Origin: Dendrobates tinctorius
Taxonomy: Eukaryota
Length of the DNA: 64,000 bases
Direction of reading: 5' to 3'
Assembly (NCBI RefSeq): GCF_039654945.1
Contig: NW_027361925.1
Span: forward strand, 6,076,001 to 6,140,000
Of the stretch, positions 63,698-64,000 are shown piece after piece; the stretch's first letter is position 1; each line of letters starts with the position of its first letter. Under the pieces are notes generated by a model, which saw nothing but the letters and a program-made list of their open reading frames with translations, searched no databases and had not been told where the DNA came from. The translations under genes were made by a program, and so were the position numbers.

Positions 63698-64000
63698 TAG
63701 AGTTGAGCGACTTTGTTCGGATCGGGTTTCATGAAACAAAATTTGTTTCAGATGAAACTGGGCCGACTAGGTTAAAAAAAGTCGGAGTTTCGTCCGAAAC
63801 CAGACCACAATGCAAGTCAATGGAGAATAAAAGTCGGCATTGAGTGGATGAATGTCATCCGCTCAATGCCGACTTTTATTTCCCATTGACTTTCATTGGG
63901 GTCGGGTTTCGGATGAAACTCCGACTTTTTTTAACCTAGTCGGACCAGTTTCATCTGAAACAAATTTTGTTTCATGAAACCCGATCCGATCAAAGTCGCT
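63698..64000. mobile_element. Near-perfect palindromic MITE (runs off the window end)
   Basis: TAGAGTTGAGCGACTTTG... mirrored about ~63853 by ...CAAAGTCGCT. Confidence 0.8.

Overview
Vertebrate genomic DNA, most likely an anuran frog (inferred from V-SINE/L2, TTAA T2-type MITEs, Tc1 and Harbinger content). It holds two convergent host genes. MRPL16 is on the + strand (4 coding exons, 15807-27641, 253 aa). STX3 is on the - strand (exons 2-8 plus interleaved alternative exons 9A/9B and 10A/10B giving STX3A and retina-type STX3B); its exon 1 lies beyond the window. About half of the window is mobile DNA. The main feature is a structurally complete 5.46-kb two-gene PIF/Harbinger transposon (10105-15566). 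It has TAA TSDs, ~46-bp TIRs, a 2-exon 410-aa DDE transposase and a 7-exon 704-aa MADF-BESS protein with a long P/Q/H/Y repeat tail. It sits head-to-head with the MRPL16 promoter, separated by two CTCF-like motifs. A second copy in STX3 intron 7 keeps an intact, more consensus-like transposase but has lost most of the MADF gene and its right TIR, so the two copies look complementary. Also present: a 6-kb 40-bp minisatellite with higher-order structure in MRPL16 intron 1, inverted Tc1 copies bracketing MRPL16 exons 2-3, a foldback Helitron, L2 LINEs, SINEs, solo LTRs, a hAT element and many MITEs. All gene models were spliced by hand from the sequence; no database search was run.
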